Below, one piece after another: positions 29,785-40,075 of a stretch of DNA of 64,000 bases (position 1 is the first letter of the stretch; every line of letters begins with the position of its first letter). The DNA lies in IMG/VR virus record IMGVR_UViG_3300028392_000041, positions 32,001 to 96,000 of that record, one strand, 5' to 3'. Below the pieces are notes generated by a model that was given only the letters and a program-made list of their open reading frames with translations, searched no databases and had not been told where the DNA came from. This DNA is from a virus. The position numbers were made by a program, and so were the translations under genes.

Positions 29785-30327
29785 TTATGAAACCCAAGAT
29801 GGGGTTTCACGATTTTTCCAAGAGAACATGCGAGTTTTGTCGCCAAGGTAGTAGTTTTTGTAAGACTGGATAGAATCTCCAGCAACTTTGTAGTGGTCAG
29901 GCATGGCTGGAGTTGGTTCAGTCCAGTTTCCTTCAGGTAAATTCTTAGGAAAGTTATTTTTGAGGATCTGCATCAAACCAATCGATTCAACTTTATGAAT
30001 TTTCCCATAACGATAGGAATACTCTTTACAGAGTTCTTCAAGCATTTCTGCTAGCCACATATAATTAGCAGCAGATTGTCTTACCCAAATAGCAGAGGGA
30101 TGATTAATATGAGTAGCACTGTACAGTAAATGCTCACGATCGTCTTCGATAATGTATTGCTTCCGTTTGCGACCAGACTGAGATAAACCAGTAACAAGAA
30201 TGCCGTCAAGATAGCGGTGGGCAGTAGAAAGTAATTGTGCATATTCTAAAATCATCTTTACGCAATGTTTGTCGACATGCATTTTAGCGCATGCCGACGG
30301 ATCGTTATGTAAGTAAAAAATATTCAT
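29785..30327 (-). CDS. Pyrimidine-dimer glycosylase (DenV)-related protein
   Basis: MNIFYL, DKHCVKMILEYAQLLSTAH, HINHPSAIWVR. Confidence 0.65.
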   Translation of the reverse strand: MNIFYLHNDPSACAKMHVDKHCVKMILEYAQLLSTAHRYLDGILVTGLSQSGRKRKQYIIEDDREHLLYSATHINHPSAIWVRQSAANYMWLAEMLEELCKEYSYRYGKIHKVESIGLMQILKNNFPKNLPEGNWTEPTPAMPDHYKVAGDSIQSYKNYYLGDKTRMFSWKNRETPSWVS

Positions 30328-30800
30328 GATAAAAGTTTTATCGTTGAATCCAGTAATCGAATCGTTTCAGAAGAAGTAGTGTGTAAAATACCATGACCAC
30401 CTGCTTCAACAAACGGACTAATACATCCAACAGAATCATCAATCAAAATTGAAGTAGGTGTTGCCCACTTCGCTTTTTCATCTTTACTTCTAGAAAAGTT
30501 TGCTCGGTAAGGAATGTTTTTCTCATTCAACCATTTAAGTTTCTGTGATTTCGCAGCCTCACCTTGTTCAGTTCGAAAAGTTCCCATTGATGTAAGAATC
30601 TCAATGTTGATTCCTTTCAGTTTTGCAACATGGTTCAGCAATTCTTGAGTGTCACACATAAAGTCTAACTTCTCAAAAATACGATGTTCCATAACAGCTG
30701 ATTGAAATTTCTTTCGATCTTCTTTCAATGGGTCATATTTGGTGTATTCCTTGTTGAAATCAGCAAGGACACCATCCATATCTAAGTATAATGTAATCAT
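30324..30800 (-). CDS. HAD-family 5'(3')-nucleotidase-like
   Basis: DMDGVLADF, ILIDD. Confidence 0.8.
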   Translation of the reverse strand: MITLYLDMDGVLADFNKEYTKYDPLKEDRKKFQSAVMEHRIFEKLDFMCDTQELLNHVAKLKGINIEILTSMGTFRTEQGEAAKSQKLKWLNEKNIPYRANFSRSKDEKAKWATPTSILIDDSVGCISPFVEAGGHGILHTTSSETIRLLDSTIKLLS

Positions 30801-30831
30801 AATATAATTATACCCTAACATTGAATTAATG

Positions 30832-31191
30832 TCAAGACTTTTTAATAAATTTGCTCAAATCAGGTTGAGTCCAGCCCTCTGGCTTCAAAATCTTACCATC
30901 TTCGCGACGAGTAACCTTACGAGTAGTAGGGTCAACTTTTGCCATATTGCTTCGAAGAACTTCATCCCACGCTTTTTGTACATCATAACCCTTCATGTGA
31001 CAGAATCCAAGCGTAACCCAAATTAAGTCCATACAACCATCAAGCATTTCTACTTCATCACGATTCCAATGAGCATCAATAAACTCTTTGAATTCTTCTT
31101 CCATCAAAGACTTATATAATGCAGCATTTTCAGGCGATGCTTTTTGATCGCATGCTTGTTGAAACATTAATACATCAAGTGGCATTCCCAT
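30832..31191 (-). CDS. MazG/PRA-PH-like NTP pyrophosphohydrolase
   Basis: EEFKE, DG.MDL, SNMAK, DGKILKP. Confidence 0.8.
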   Translation of the reverse strand: MGMPLDVLMFQQACDQKASPENAALYKSLMEEEFKEFIDAHWNRDEVEMLDGCMDLIWVTLGFCHMKGYDVQKAWDEVLRSNMAKVDPTTRKVTRREDGKILKPEGWTQPDLSKFIKKS

Positions 31192-31470
31192 TATTTGTTC
31201 CTTTCGGTGTCAAAGAAAAACTCTGAATGACTGATATCATCTTGTGGTGTTTCCCACTCTGGTACTCGCCACTCAGGTGCTTCACCATAATTTTCATCAG
31301 GAACATAATCTAGCGTTCCTTCTGGGAAATAACCTACTCCACGAATAAACAGATCAGTATTCTGAAGTACATCAGATATACCATCAGCTTCAAATTCATA
31401 GGTAACTTTAGATTCAACTTTACCAGTGTACCAATTTGTATGTTCAGCAATTAGTGTAAATTTTGGCATA

Positions 31471-31908
31471 TTAAAAACCTCTTCCTTCGCCTTCTTTTGT
31501 GAAAAATGCTCTTACCTTTTGTTCTTCAGTCCAACCATTAGTATAGTCATTATCTTCGTCGCATAATTTTAATGCGTCATCATGAGAAATTACACGATGA
31601 GAAACAATTGTCTCACCAATATCTAACTGTGAAAACTCTTTAGCGTCTTGACAAGTTACATCATCAAGCGCATATTCAGGATGGTCAGCTGGTGCTTGAA
31701 CCATGTAACGCATACGATACTGTTGAACACACTCAACAAGAACCCAAACTTTATCTGATTTACTCAAAGTCCAACTCCCATCTCCATTATCTTTCCAATT
31801 AAGATCATCACCGATTTTCCAACCAGTGCCTTCAAGAATTTCGTCATTCAATTCAATAAAGAACTCTCCATCTTCATTTTCTTGAACTTCCAATGTATAC
31901 TTACTCAT
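31471..31908 (-). CDS. Hypothetical protein with AbrB-like N-terminus
   Basis: GEFFIEL.DEIL...GWKIGDDL.W pattern. Confidence 0.45.
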   Translation of the reverse strand: MSKYTLEVQENEDGEFFIELNDEILEGTGWKIGDDLNWKDNGDGSWTLSKSDKVWVLVECVQQYRMRYMVQAPADHPEYALDDVTCQDAKEFSQLDIGETIVSHRVISHDDALKLCDEDNDYTNGWTEEQKVRAFFTKEGEGRGF

Positions 31909-32232
31909 AATTAATCTCCAACCAATTTGTTTCTTCAGGTAGAATCTCAATTTTTCCACCTACTTTATAAAGTCTATCACTCATATTTTGAAGAATTCCA
32001 GTACCAAATCCACTGGCACCATATAATCCTTTATTACATTCATAAACTGAACCACTGGATCCTTCAAAGAAGAAGCAATCTTCTTTTTCGGTTACCTTAG
32101 TAATACCTGAATTTAATTTCCAAGAATCGCCTTCAAGATAACCACCATACCAACAAGCAAAAACTTTATAGACAGGTGGTGTATCTTTTCCAGTAATTTT
32201 GACAACCATCCATTTGTCAGGATTGTAATCAC

Positions 32233-33111
32233 TCATACTTCAACTACCTTTAACTCAAAACGATCAGCACGATCTTCGTAGTTGATGTAACCACGAGGAT
32301 TACAAACAACACGACATTGTTTAATCATGTAGTCAAAATCTTCATGAGTATGACCATGAGTCCACAATTTAATTCCTGGACGATCCATGATAAACTGATC
32401 CAACTGAGAATTATACGCACCATTCATCAATTGATCATGTTTATAACGAGGATGCTCAGAACCTTTGCTTGGAGCATGATGAGTACAAACTACAACAGTC
32501 ATCCAAGGTGGAGTCTCAGCGTAGGTGTCCTCAATAACTTTAAGCATTGCCTTGTGGTCTTCAACAACATGACGAGGTGAAAGAGTTGCTGGACGAATTT
32601 TAAACTTTGTAGTTTTATCGCCATTATCGTTCTCACCCCAAACTCTGTAGTTGACCATTTCATTACTGTTCTCACAGATTTGAAAGTCATTCATGCGACG
32701 AGCAACATGATTCATGGTCATCTCATTTTCGCCATTCATGTCAGTCCAAAGAGTTCCACCAATAAAACGATAGTCGCCATGATCCCATACTTCTTTGTCC
32801 AAAACATGAATGTTCGGAAGGTAAGCAAGATTTTCTTTTAGAATACCCAGAGATTTTGCATAATCACCATGGTAGTGTTCATGATTGCCAGCGATATAAA
32901 CAATATCATTAAACCGACTGCTACAAAGGCTGAAAAACTCGTGATAACGATTAGACTTAGCAGAGCCAACAAGGGTATCCCCAGTATTGGGAAGCAAATC
33001 ACAAGCAGTGCAAATATCGCCAGATAGAATAAGGACTTCGGCATTTTGTGTGTTCTCAAGGTTAAGTTGTCCAAACTCTAAGTGGACATCGGAGCAAATA
33101 GCAATTTTCAT
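32233..33111 (-). CDS. Calcineurin-like metallophosphoesterase
   Basis: SDVHLE, GDI, GNHE, THH, GHTH. Confidence 0.9.
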   Translation of the reverse strand: MKIAICSDVHLEFGQLNLENTQNAEVLILSGDICTACDLLPNTGDTLVGSAKSNRYHEFFSLCSSRFNDIVYIAGNHEHYHGDYAKSLGILKENLAYLPNIHVLDKEVWDHGDYRFIGGTLWTDMNGENEMTMNHVARRMNDFQICENSNEMVNYRVWGENDNGDKTTKFKIRPATLSPRHVVEDHKAMLKVIEDTYAETPPWMTVVVCTHHAPSKGSEHPRYKHDQLMNGAYNSQLDQFIMDRPGIKLWTHGHTHEDFDYMIKQCRVVCNPRGYINYEDRADRFELKVVEV

Positions 33112-33166
33112 AGTAATTTCCTAACTTCATAACTCAATTATACTTGATATTTGAATTAATGTCAAG

Positions 33167-33772
33167 TTATTTAAATGGGACTCCACCAACCCAAGCTACA
33201 AGACTGTAGCGAGTTCCTGCAGTTACAGGTTTGACACGATGCATAACATAACTAGGAAAGAAGAAAACAGAACCACGAGTTTTTTCCATGTTAAGTTCAT
33301 CTCTGCCACCAGTCCAAATTTGCAACTCTCCGCCAGTGTATTGAGCTGGATCAGTCAGCTGAACAACCATCGAAAGTTTACGAACAGTTCCATAGAGAAT
33401 TTTATCAATATGAAAGTCGTATTTACCACCAGGAGGTTTATACTCAGTAAACTGCATGTTTTCCGTAAATCCAAACAAATCGAAATTGAAAAATTTAGAA
33501 TTTACTTCTTGAACAACTCCAGCCAATTTATCATATGCCCAACCCATATCATCTTGAGAACCGAGCCATGTAATATTACTATCACGAATAGTTGTGTCAA
33601 CAACCCCATTACCATTACCACCAATTAAAGCTGGTTTAATGATTTTATTCAATCCAATCTGAATAATTTTATCACATTCTTCAGGCGTAAAAACATTATT
33701 GGCATATGCCCAGTTTTCAACATTATCAGGTTTAAAAGCCCATAGAGCTGAGCCAGTTGGTGTTTTATCCAT
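33167..33772 (-). CDS. 2OG-Fe(II) oxygenase (PKHD/prolyl hydroxylase type)
   Basis: HID, RKLS, YTGGEL, HRVKPV..GTRYSLV.W. Confidence 0.9.
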   Translation of the reverse strand: MDKTPTGSALWAFKPDNVENWAYANNVFTPEECDKIIQIGLNKIIKPALIGGNGNGVVDTTIRDSNITWLGSQDDMGWAYDKLAGVVQEVNSKFFNFDLFGFTENMQFTEYKPPGGKYDFHIDKILYGTVRKLSMVVQLTDPAQYTGGELQIWTGGRDELNMEKTRGSVFFFPSYVMHRVKPVTAGTRYSLVAWVGGVPFK

Positions 33773-34055
33773 GTAACATCCTTAGTAGTCCAATCATATC
33801 AATAGTAGTTAGTAACAGGTAGTTAGCCAGCATCCCAAAAGATTTCCGAGTATAAGCGCACCAAGCATAGATTGCACAACCAGTAATCCACACAGGATAA
33901 AGAGCAAGCAACGGAGGATTGGGTACTGTGATTGCCATTGTAAGAGAGCAAAAAATGCTAATAGCCCAAGCAAGCAACTCGAGAACGAAACGAAAACGAT
34001 TTGAAGTCCAGTCATCTTTTATCCATTTTAGTGTAGGTCCAAAAATATCTAACAT
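33765..34055 (-). CDS. Small membrane protein
   Basis: Three hydrophobic helices. Confidence 0.6.
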   Translation of the reverse strand: MLDIFGPTLKWIKDDWTSNRFRFVLELLAWAISIFCSLTMAITVPNPPLLALYPVWITGCAIYAWCAYTRKSFGMLANYLLLTTIDMIGLLRMLHG

Positions 34056-34058
34056 ATA

Positions 34059-34640
34059 TTATCCAAAATTAAATGCCATTGAAATTCTTTCATCATCTTC
34101 ATCTTCAGTCAAATTTTGTTCAACATGATGAGACAAGTAAGACGGAAATACAACAGTATTAATAACTGTCGGATCTATGTAGTAAGCCGACCAATTTCTA
34201 TCATTTTGTACTCCTGGAAGCACAAACTTAGAATTATCAGGTCGTTCAAACACAATATTTCCACTATTTTTTGGAACTTTAAAGTATACAGCTCCAGAGA
34301 AGAATGAAAATTGATGTGTATGACTTACATTGTAATTATACCTCTTATTTACATTGAACCAAAAATTCAGCAAGTTCACTGGACGATCAATTCCATACAC
34401 TTCATACAGTTTAACCATCTCATTACCAATTACATCAAAAATTGGGTTTACTACAGCCAGTTCACTACTTAGCGACTCAAACTTATAGGTCGGACTCTGC
34501 CATCCACCACGATTGCTAAATTCCAGAGATGGAGTTGAATCCTGTATTTCTTTGATTTTGGAAATTATTGGAGCAGGGTCAAATTCAATGTTCGTTGAAA
34601 ATATAGATGTTCTAAAGGGAACATGTTCTTCAAATAACAT
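34059..34640 (-). CDS. 2OG-Fe(II) oxygenase (TIGR02466-like)
   Basis: HTH, SGAVY, FPSYLSHHV, RISMAFN. Confidence 0.85.
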   Translation of the reverse strand: MLFEEHVPFRTSIFSTNIEFDPAPIISKIKEIQDSTPSLEFSNRGGWQSPTYKFESLSSELAVVNPIFDVIGNEMVKLYEVYGIDRPVNLLNFWFNVNKRYNYNVSHTHQFSFFSGAVYFKVPKNSGNIVFERPDNSKFVLPGVQNDRNWSAYYIDPTVINTVVFPSYLSHHVEQNLTEDEDDERISMAFNFG

Positions 34641-37302
34641 TAGCGACCTCGACCAGTTGTCCTACGCACTTTTTTCTGTAGATTCTGAACAGCGGTCTTT
34701 ACCAACTTCTTAGCCATCTTCACATTACCAAATTTAACAGTCATTTCCTTCACTGCTTTCTTCTTTTCAGCTTTCAATGCCCTTGCTTCCTTTAGTCTAG
34801 TAAGAGAGTCCTTAAACTCACCCTCGACTTCGCTGGATTTTTCTAAATCTGGATTTTTATCAGTTTCATTTGTCATTTCTTTTTCCTTTGTAGACACCCG
34901 ACATCCTATTATACCATAAATCGGTCTTGCAAGTCAAGTTTATTTTTCCGACTTCTTGTAAGGGTTTTGTGGATCGCGAATTAGTACCACTGGAGTGACT
35001 TTTTCTACTAAAATGGTGTTTTCCGAGTTGATTTTCGTGTTGTAAGTCGTTGTACAGCCAAAAAGTACTACAAGAAGCATAAAAATCATAAAATATCGTA
35101 TCAAAACCACTTTCCACCTCCGTAAACACCGAATTTTCGCATGAAGCAAGTAAAAATGAGACCAAAAACGATCTCAAAAGTAAATAACCCCACTATGATA
35201 TATAGAGCAATCATTACTCGCCACCATAGTAGTCAATAATGAGGGATAGTGCTCTAATAAGTTTACCATTATTCACTACATCATCGGGATGTAACCAATA
35301 ACCATCAGGATTCAGTTCATCCTTGGGATTTTCAGCCCACGCATCTAATTCTGACTGTAGATAACGCTTGGCATCAATCAAATTTGCCCGAGTAAGTCCG
35401 TCTGCCACCTCATGAGGAATGACTAAACCTCCAGAGGGATATAAGTGTTCGTTCTCAGTTTTAACTAATTTGTTCATGATAGTAAATCCACAATCGCTTT
35501 TATAGTGTTAATGTCAATATGCAGCTTAGATGCTATCTCAGCCACATCCCAATGCCGTTCCAGTAGTTCTTTCACAGCCATAACCAAATCATGTCGTGTA
35601 TACATAGTGTAGTCCTTTTAGTAATTATACACTAATAACGCTTTAAAGTCAAGTAAGCTGACAGGGTTTGCAGGTAAATTTTTGCAGGGCGATTTTTGAG
35701 ACGGATTCGTTTGAAATCGGCTGAGGTATGCAGTTGTATCTTGGAGATGTTAATTAAAGTTTCCTTTTGACTTGCATCGCCATAAGGTACTTAAAGGGGA
35801 CCCGATCTCTAAAGCGAAAAGTCCACCCCAGCACAACAATCAATCTTGACTTTAATCTCCGATCCTAGTATAATTACCCCTTGACTTTCACAAATGTTCG
35901 GTGTCGCTTGTCGAACTGAATTCTGTTCTTAAACAACTTAACATCACGACCACTCTTGCCATAGGGAATAAACCCATAGAGCCACTGCTTATCAGGACTC
36001 AGGATATATGTGCCGTTCTTTATATAAGAATCGTCCCAAACAGTGGTCTCACGAAATACTACCATATCTTTAGTCATAGGTATCCTAGTGTATATAGAGC
36101 GAGCCATCAGCGTCGACTCGGTAGTTCAATGGTGTATCCTCAGGCCAATCCTTAGTCTGAAGCAGGACATCTCCCTTGACGACTTGGATATAGGTAGTGT
36201 CCTCGGTACATATAACGACCCCTGCATAGACGACCTTTGCCTTGGCGACCTCACGACGAAACTGCTTCACTGACATATAACGACCTTTCTCAACTGGGTA
36301 TAATACAATTATACCCCGAAATACCTATTAAAGTAAAGGGAAATAATTTGGCAAAAGAGCGAGAAATTACTTGACTTTAATTCGTTTTTAGTGTCTGTCT
36401 GGACTGCGAATTTTTGCGGCGAGTTTCTGAATCGCAATAGGATTCTGATTTAGGTCAACGCAAGAGACCGAAATTTGCCGAGTGCGATCACTACTCACAA
36501 TAGTAGACTTTCAGTTCATTCCCCTGATAATCGGTTATCCTGATTAATCCCTTACCCATGTAGCGGAGAAATTTCTCTATAAACCAACTAGGAATAGCGT
36601 GTTTAAATTCTATTCTTGGCGTAGTGCTTATAGCGATTGTTCCCTTATTGCTGTAGGTAATCATTCTGACACCAGCTTTCTCTGAACAATATCATAGGTA
36701 ACGAAGTCGCTGAATTCATCATCTATGTCTGCATCAGCGACCTCTTCCTCTGAGACATCATAGAAGTCACGGATTATGGCTATTTTCTCAGCCAAAGCCA
36801 GTGCGTGTGTTTCATATACACCGACTACCGTAGTTCCGTCATCGGTTTCTTCAGTTAGAACATAGACATATTTCATTTTCCGTCATCCCTTTGCTTTTCT
36901 TCTAAGCGATTAATCCTATATTTCAGTTCTTCCACCTGCATTGTGAGGTCTTTGATTGACTTCAGGAGAATTGTTTGTAGGTCAATTTCCACTGTGTCTG
37001 TGAACCTGTCATGGCTCATTGCCTTTTTTGATTGGAAACCTGTCATTTTAACCCCAGTCTTTCTTGTCGCCGAATCGTTCGTTGAACTCATAACCCATTG
37101 CATAGGCACGAAGCTGAATCCCATGCATATCTGTGGCTTCTACGCGATCACCATTATAGCTACCCTCAGGATACCAGTGTGGATCCATTGGGCGATGATA
37201 GTAGGAGTCAGCTGAACCCCTGTCGAATGGTGAGCCATGTGAGCGATCAAAGATTTCGCCTTTGTACTCAATTGTGTTTCCGTCTTCAATAATTGCGTTC
37301 AT
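34640..37302 (-). other. Cluster of small hypothetical early ORFs (34640-34876, 35214-35477, 35474-35605, 35874-36107, 36085-36276, 36661-36876, 36873-37046, 37048-37302) with two non-coding gaps
   Basis: Short minus-strand ORFs behind sigma70-like promoters; no recognisable motifs. Confidence 0.55.
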
Positions 37303-37452
37303 AAAAATCCTTCTCAAAAATCCAGTAAAAAAGGTCACAGCCCCATCAAGCGCAAGCGCAAGAGCTGTCCCAGAGTTGGTTTCAAACCCAACTTTTTGCG
37401 GAGCAATTGCCCCAGTGTTTTCTTTTGTTTCATACTACCTCCCTTGTTCTTA

Positions 37453-38379
37453 TTAAGCAGTCAACATGTAAGTAGCAAGATCTTTGTAGTCTTTGTTAGA
37501 CGCACGGATTTTGCAGACAGCGATAAGGGTACGGAGGGAAATTTCCTTACACTCATCTTTGATTTCCTTAATCAAAGCAAGGGCATCTGCCTTAACAGAA
37601 GCATCGTACTCAGGCATGAATTCAGGGCTGGTAGCGATAAAGGACATGCGGTCTAACTTTTGGTCAGCAGTCATAGTCAGGTCAATCATCATTGAACGAC
37701 TACGAATCGCTTGGTCGATGCCGTCCTGAGTCATGTTAGAAATAAAAATCACACGACCTGTGAATTCAAACGAACGAGGTAAGTCCTCATCACGCATGTC
37801 AGCATTCCAAGAGATAATACGCTTGCCGTAGGAATCTAGCGCACCCTTAAGAATATTCAAAGCAACAGGATCTTTGAGCACAGAGTCACAGTCGTCAAAC
37901 ACGATAATGCTGTTGTTGTTTTCAAACAGCGAACGATACAAACCCTTAGCAGTTGAATAACCCTTGATTTGGGTGAAGCACTTGCGAGTGTTAATCACTG
38001 AACCGACTTGAAAGTCAGCGAGATTAGAGATGTCGGTGTAGCCAGCATCGTTAAGAGTTTTGGTTACGGTAAAAGTTTTACCGAGACCACCTTCACCTGT
38101 GATAACAGCGGATGGCTGTACGCCAGACGCAACCATTTTCACAAGTTTCTCAACGAACTCAAAGCGAGTATTGATGCCAAACTTTTCGTCACGAGCAGTT
38201 TGTACTTCAACATCGGCAGCAACGATCTGGTCGTAGGTCAAATCCATACCTGTTTCCTGTTTATATCTCCACTCAATGTGGGATTTCTTAGTAGTTTTGA
38301 AGGGTTTAGCAGAACCGATTTGGCACACATACTTACCAGAGGTTTTGTCGAATTTCACAGAGGTACGGATAGTAGTCAT
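37453..38379 (-). CDS. P-loop (AAA-like) ATPase
   Basis: GEGGLGKT Walker A, IIVFDDCD Walker B. Confidence 0.8.
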   Translation of the reverse strand: MTTIRTSVKFDKTSGKYVCQIGSAKPFKTTKKSHIEWRYKQETGMDLTYDQIVAADVEVQTARDEKFGINTRFEFVEKLVKMVASGVQPSAVITGEGGLGKTFTVTKTLNDAGYTDISNLADFQVGSVINTRKCFTQIKGYSTAKGLYRSLFENNNSIIVFDDCDSVLKDPVALNILKGALDSYGKRIISWNADMRDEDLPRSFEFTGRVIFISNMTQDGIDQAIRSRSMMIDLTMTADQKLDRMSFIATSPEFMPEYDASVKADALALIKEIKDECKEISLRTLIAVCKIRASNKDYKDLATYMLTA

Positions 38380-38409
38380 TTGGTTTCCTTTTTTATTCAT
38401 CATAGATCA

Positions 38410-38438
38410 ATTATACACGAGGTACGAATTAAAGTAAA
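38410..38438 (-). promoter_or_regulatory. Representative early sigma70-like promoter of a repeated family TT(G/T)AC(A/T)TTAATTC-N-TATAAT
   Basis: TTTACT-17-TATAAT here; similar copies near 24491, 30807, 33137, 35623, 36308, 38658, 39257, 40472, 40711, 50541, 55945, 58478, 61504 and 63770. Confidence 0.85.
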
Positions 38439-38454
38439 GCACTTTATTCCATAC

Positions 38455-38471
38455 CCCTACGACCTGTAGGG
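38455..38471. repeat. Dispersed palindrome CCCTAC-N5/6-GTAGGG upstream of early promoters
   Basis: Copies at 38455, 38702, 39301, 53676 and 55990; one- or two-mismatch copies at 40508 and 63846. Confidence 0.85.
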
Positions 38472-39317
38472 TTATTCATGGCTGTCACACCAGAGTATGC
38501 AAGGGCGATAGCCAGACCAGCGATCACTACCAAGGGTAGCAACTGTGCGTCTGTGGCATTGTCCAAACCACCTGCAACACCCATTAACACAAACAAACCA
38601 ACGAAAGTACGGATAGATCCACGCATTTTAAAACCCTTTTTTATCATCAATACAGTAAGTATACCTGTTTTCTGAATTAATGTAAAGCATTATTTTCATA
38701 CCCCTACGACTGGTAGGGTTATTCCATACCCAGATTTGAGAACGAATCTTCGTTGCCTTCACGAGCATCGTACCTGCCGTTGCCAAGGTCAAGGGCATAG
38801 GACAACTCACGAATGTCCTCACATGTGTCAACGACCTCAAGGGACTCAACATCAACGACCTCACAATAGCAACCATCGATCACTACCGTATACTTGTCCT
38901 GATATTCAGCGATCAAGGGTACTGGGCTGGATACGCCAGCGAAGCCCATGCGGTCAAATTTTGTCATAACAGAAAATTCCAAGCCAGCCAAAAAGTCACG
39001 AGTAATCATATATTTTCCTATTAAGCGATTGTTGTTTTGCGTGGGAAGCCAGTAGCGAAACCACTGGTACCTGTTGATGCTGTGCGAGTAACTTTGCCAC
39101 GCATAACCTGTTTGCGAGGGCGAATCTGGCGATCGCTGACTTCAACGACACCACCACGACGCAGGAATTCAGCCATCTGTACTTCAGACTCGGCACGGAG
39201 TTGGGATTTGGTTTTTGCTATAATCATTTTTCTTCCTTTTTTCAAGTTTACAAGTAATTATACATCCAAAGCGAATTAAAGTAAAGGACTATTTTAGTAC
39301 CCCTACCACTGGTAGGG

Positions 39318-40058
39318 TTATGCTGCCATCATCATTACAGTGGGATATTTCACAAACCCACTGGTGTCCTTCTTGGCTTTGCCTTTGGCATACAACCCAA
39401 CGATCACTCCCTTTGGGTCAAGGAAACGCAGGTCAGACTCATCGCCATTAAATACTGTGCGACCATTATAGGTTTCAGGCATGGGCTGTGTTTTCTTCAT
39501 ACCAAAAACAGTAGCGACATTATAACCCTGCGCGATCGCTCCCAAAACATCAGCATCGTTGCCATCGGCAGCAGAGAAAGTCAGGTGGTAGTTATCGATG
39601 TGAGCAACTTTACGACCGAGGATTTTTGTGTAGTCATAAAATTGAACCTGCGGAAACAGTTGAAAAATATTTTTGCCTGTACCCATGATGCTATACTTTT
39701 CAAAAGACAGGTCACTGGTGCCGTTGAGACGAAACACTGGTGTCAAACCGAGTCGGGCTGACTGTTTGATTGCCAACTCAATGTCGTTGATGAGTTGGTG
39801 GAAAAATTCATCACGATTGCTGAAAAACAACTGAGTCTTACGGATCCGTGCTTTCTGAATCGTGTTTGTCGTTTCGCCTTTCTTGAACATACCACCACGA
39901 CCAGCTGTGTTCAAACAAGCAGAGGTGCAACCAGCAGTGCGCTTGGGGCAGGTTTCGTGACCTGACAGATTCGCAGGGGCGAGGTGAAGGATGTAGGTAT
40001 TATAACCCTGCTTCATGCCTTTGAGGATTTTTGGGTTTCCAGTGCTCAATAATTTCAT
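39318..40058 (-). CDS. Cys-motif phage protein (Gp88-like family)
   Basis: CPKRTAGCTSACL, FRLNGTSD, FYDYTK, GDESDLRFLD. Confidence 0.6.
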   Translation of the reverse strand: MKLLSTGNPKILKGMKQGYNTYILHLAPANLSGHETCPKRTAGCTSACLNTAGRGGMFKKGETTNTIQKARIRKTQLFFSNRDEFFHQLINDIELAIKQSARLGLTPVFRLNGTSDLSFEKYSIMGTGKNIFQLFPQVQFYDYTKILGRKVAHIDNYHLTFSAADGNDADVLGAIAQGYNVATVFGMKKTQPMPETYNGRTVFNGDESDLRFLDPKGVIVGLYAKGKAKKDTSGFVKYPTVMMMAA

Positions 40059-40075
40059 AATATATCCCTCTTCAA

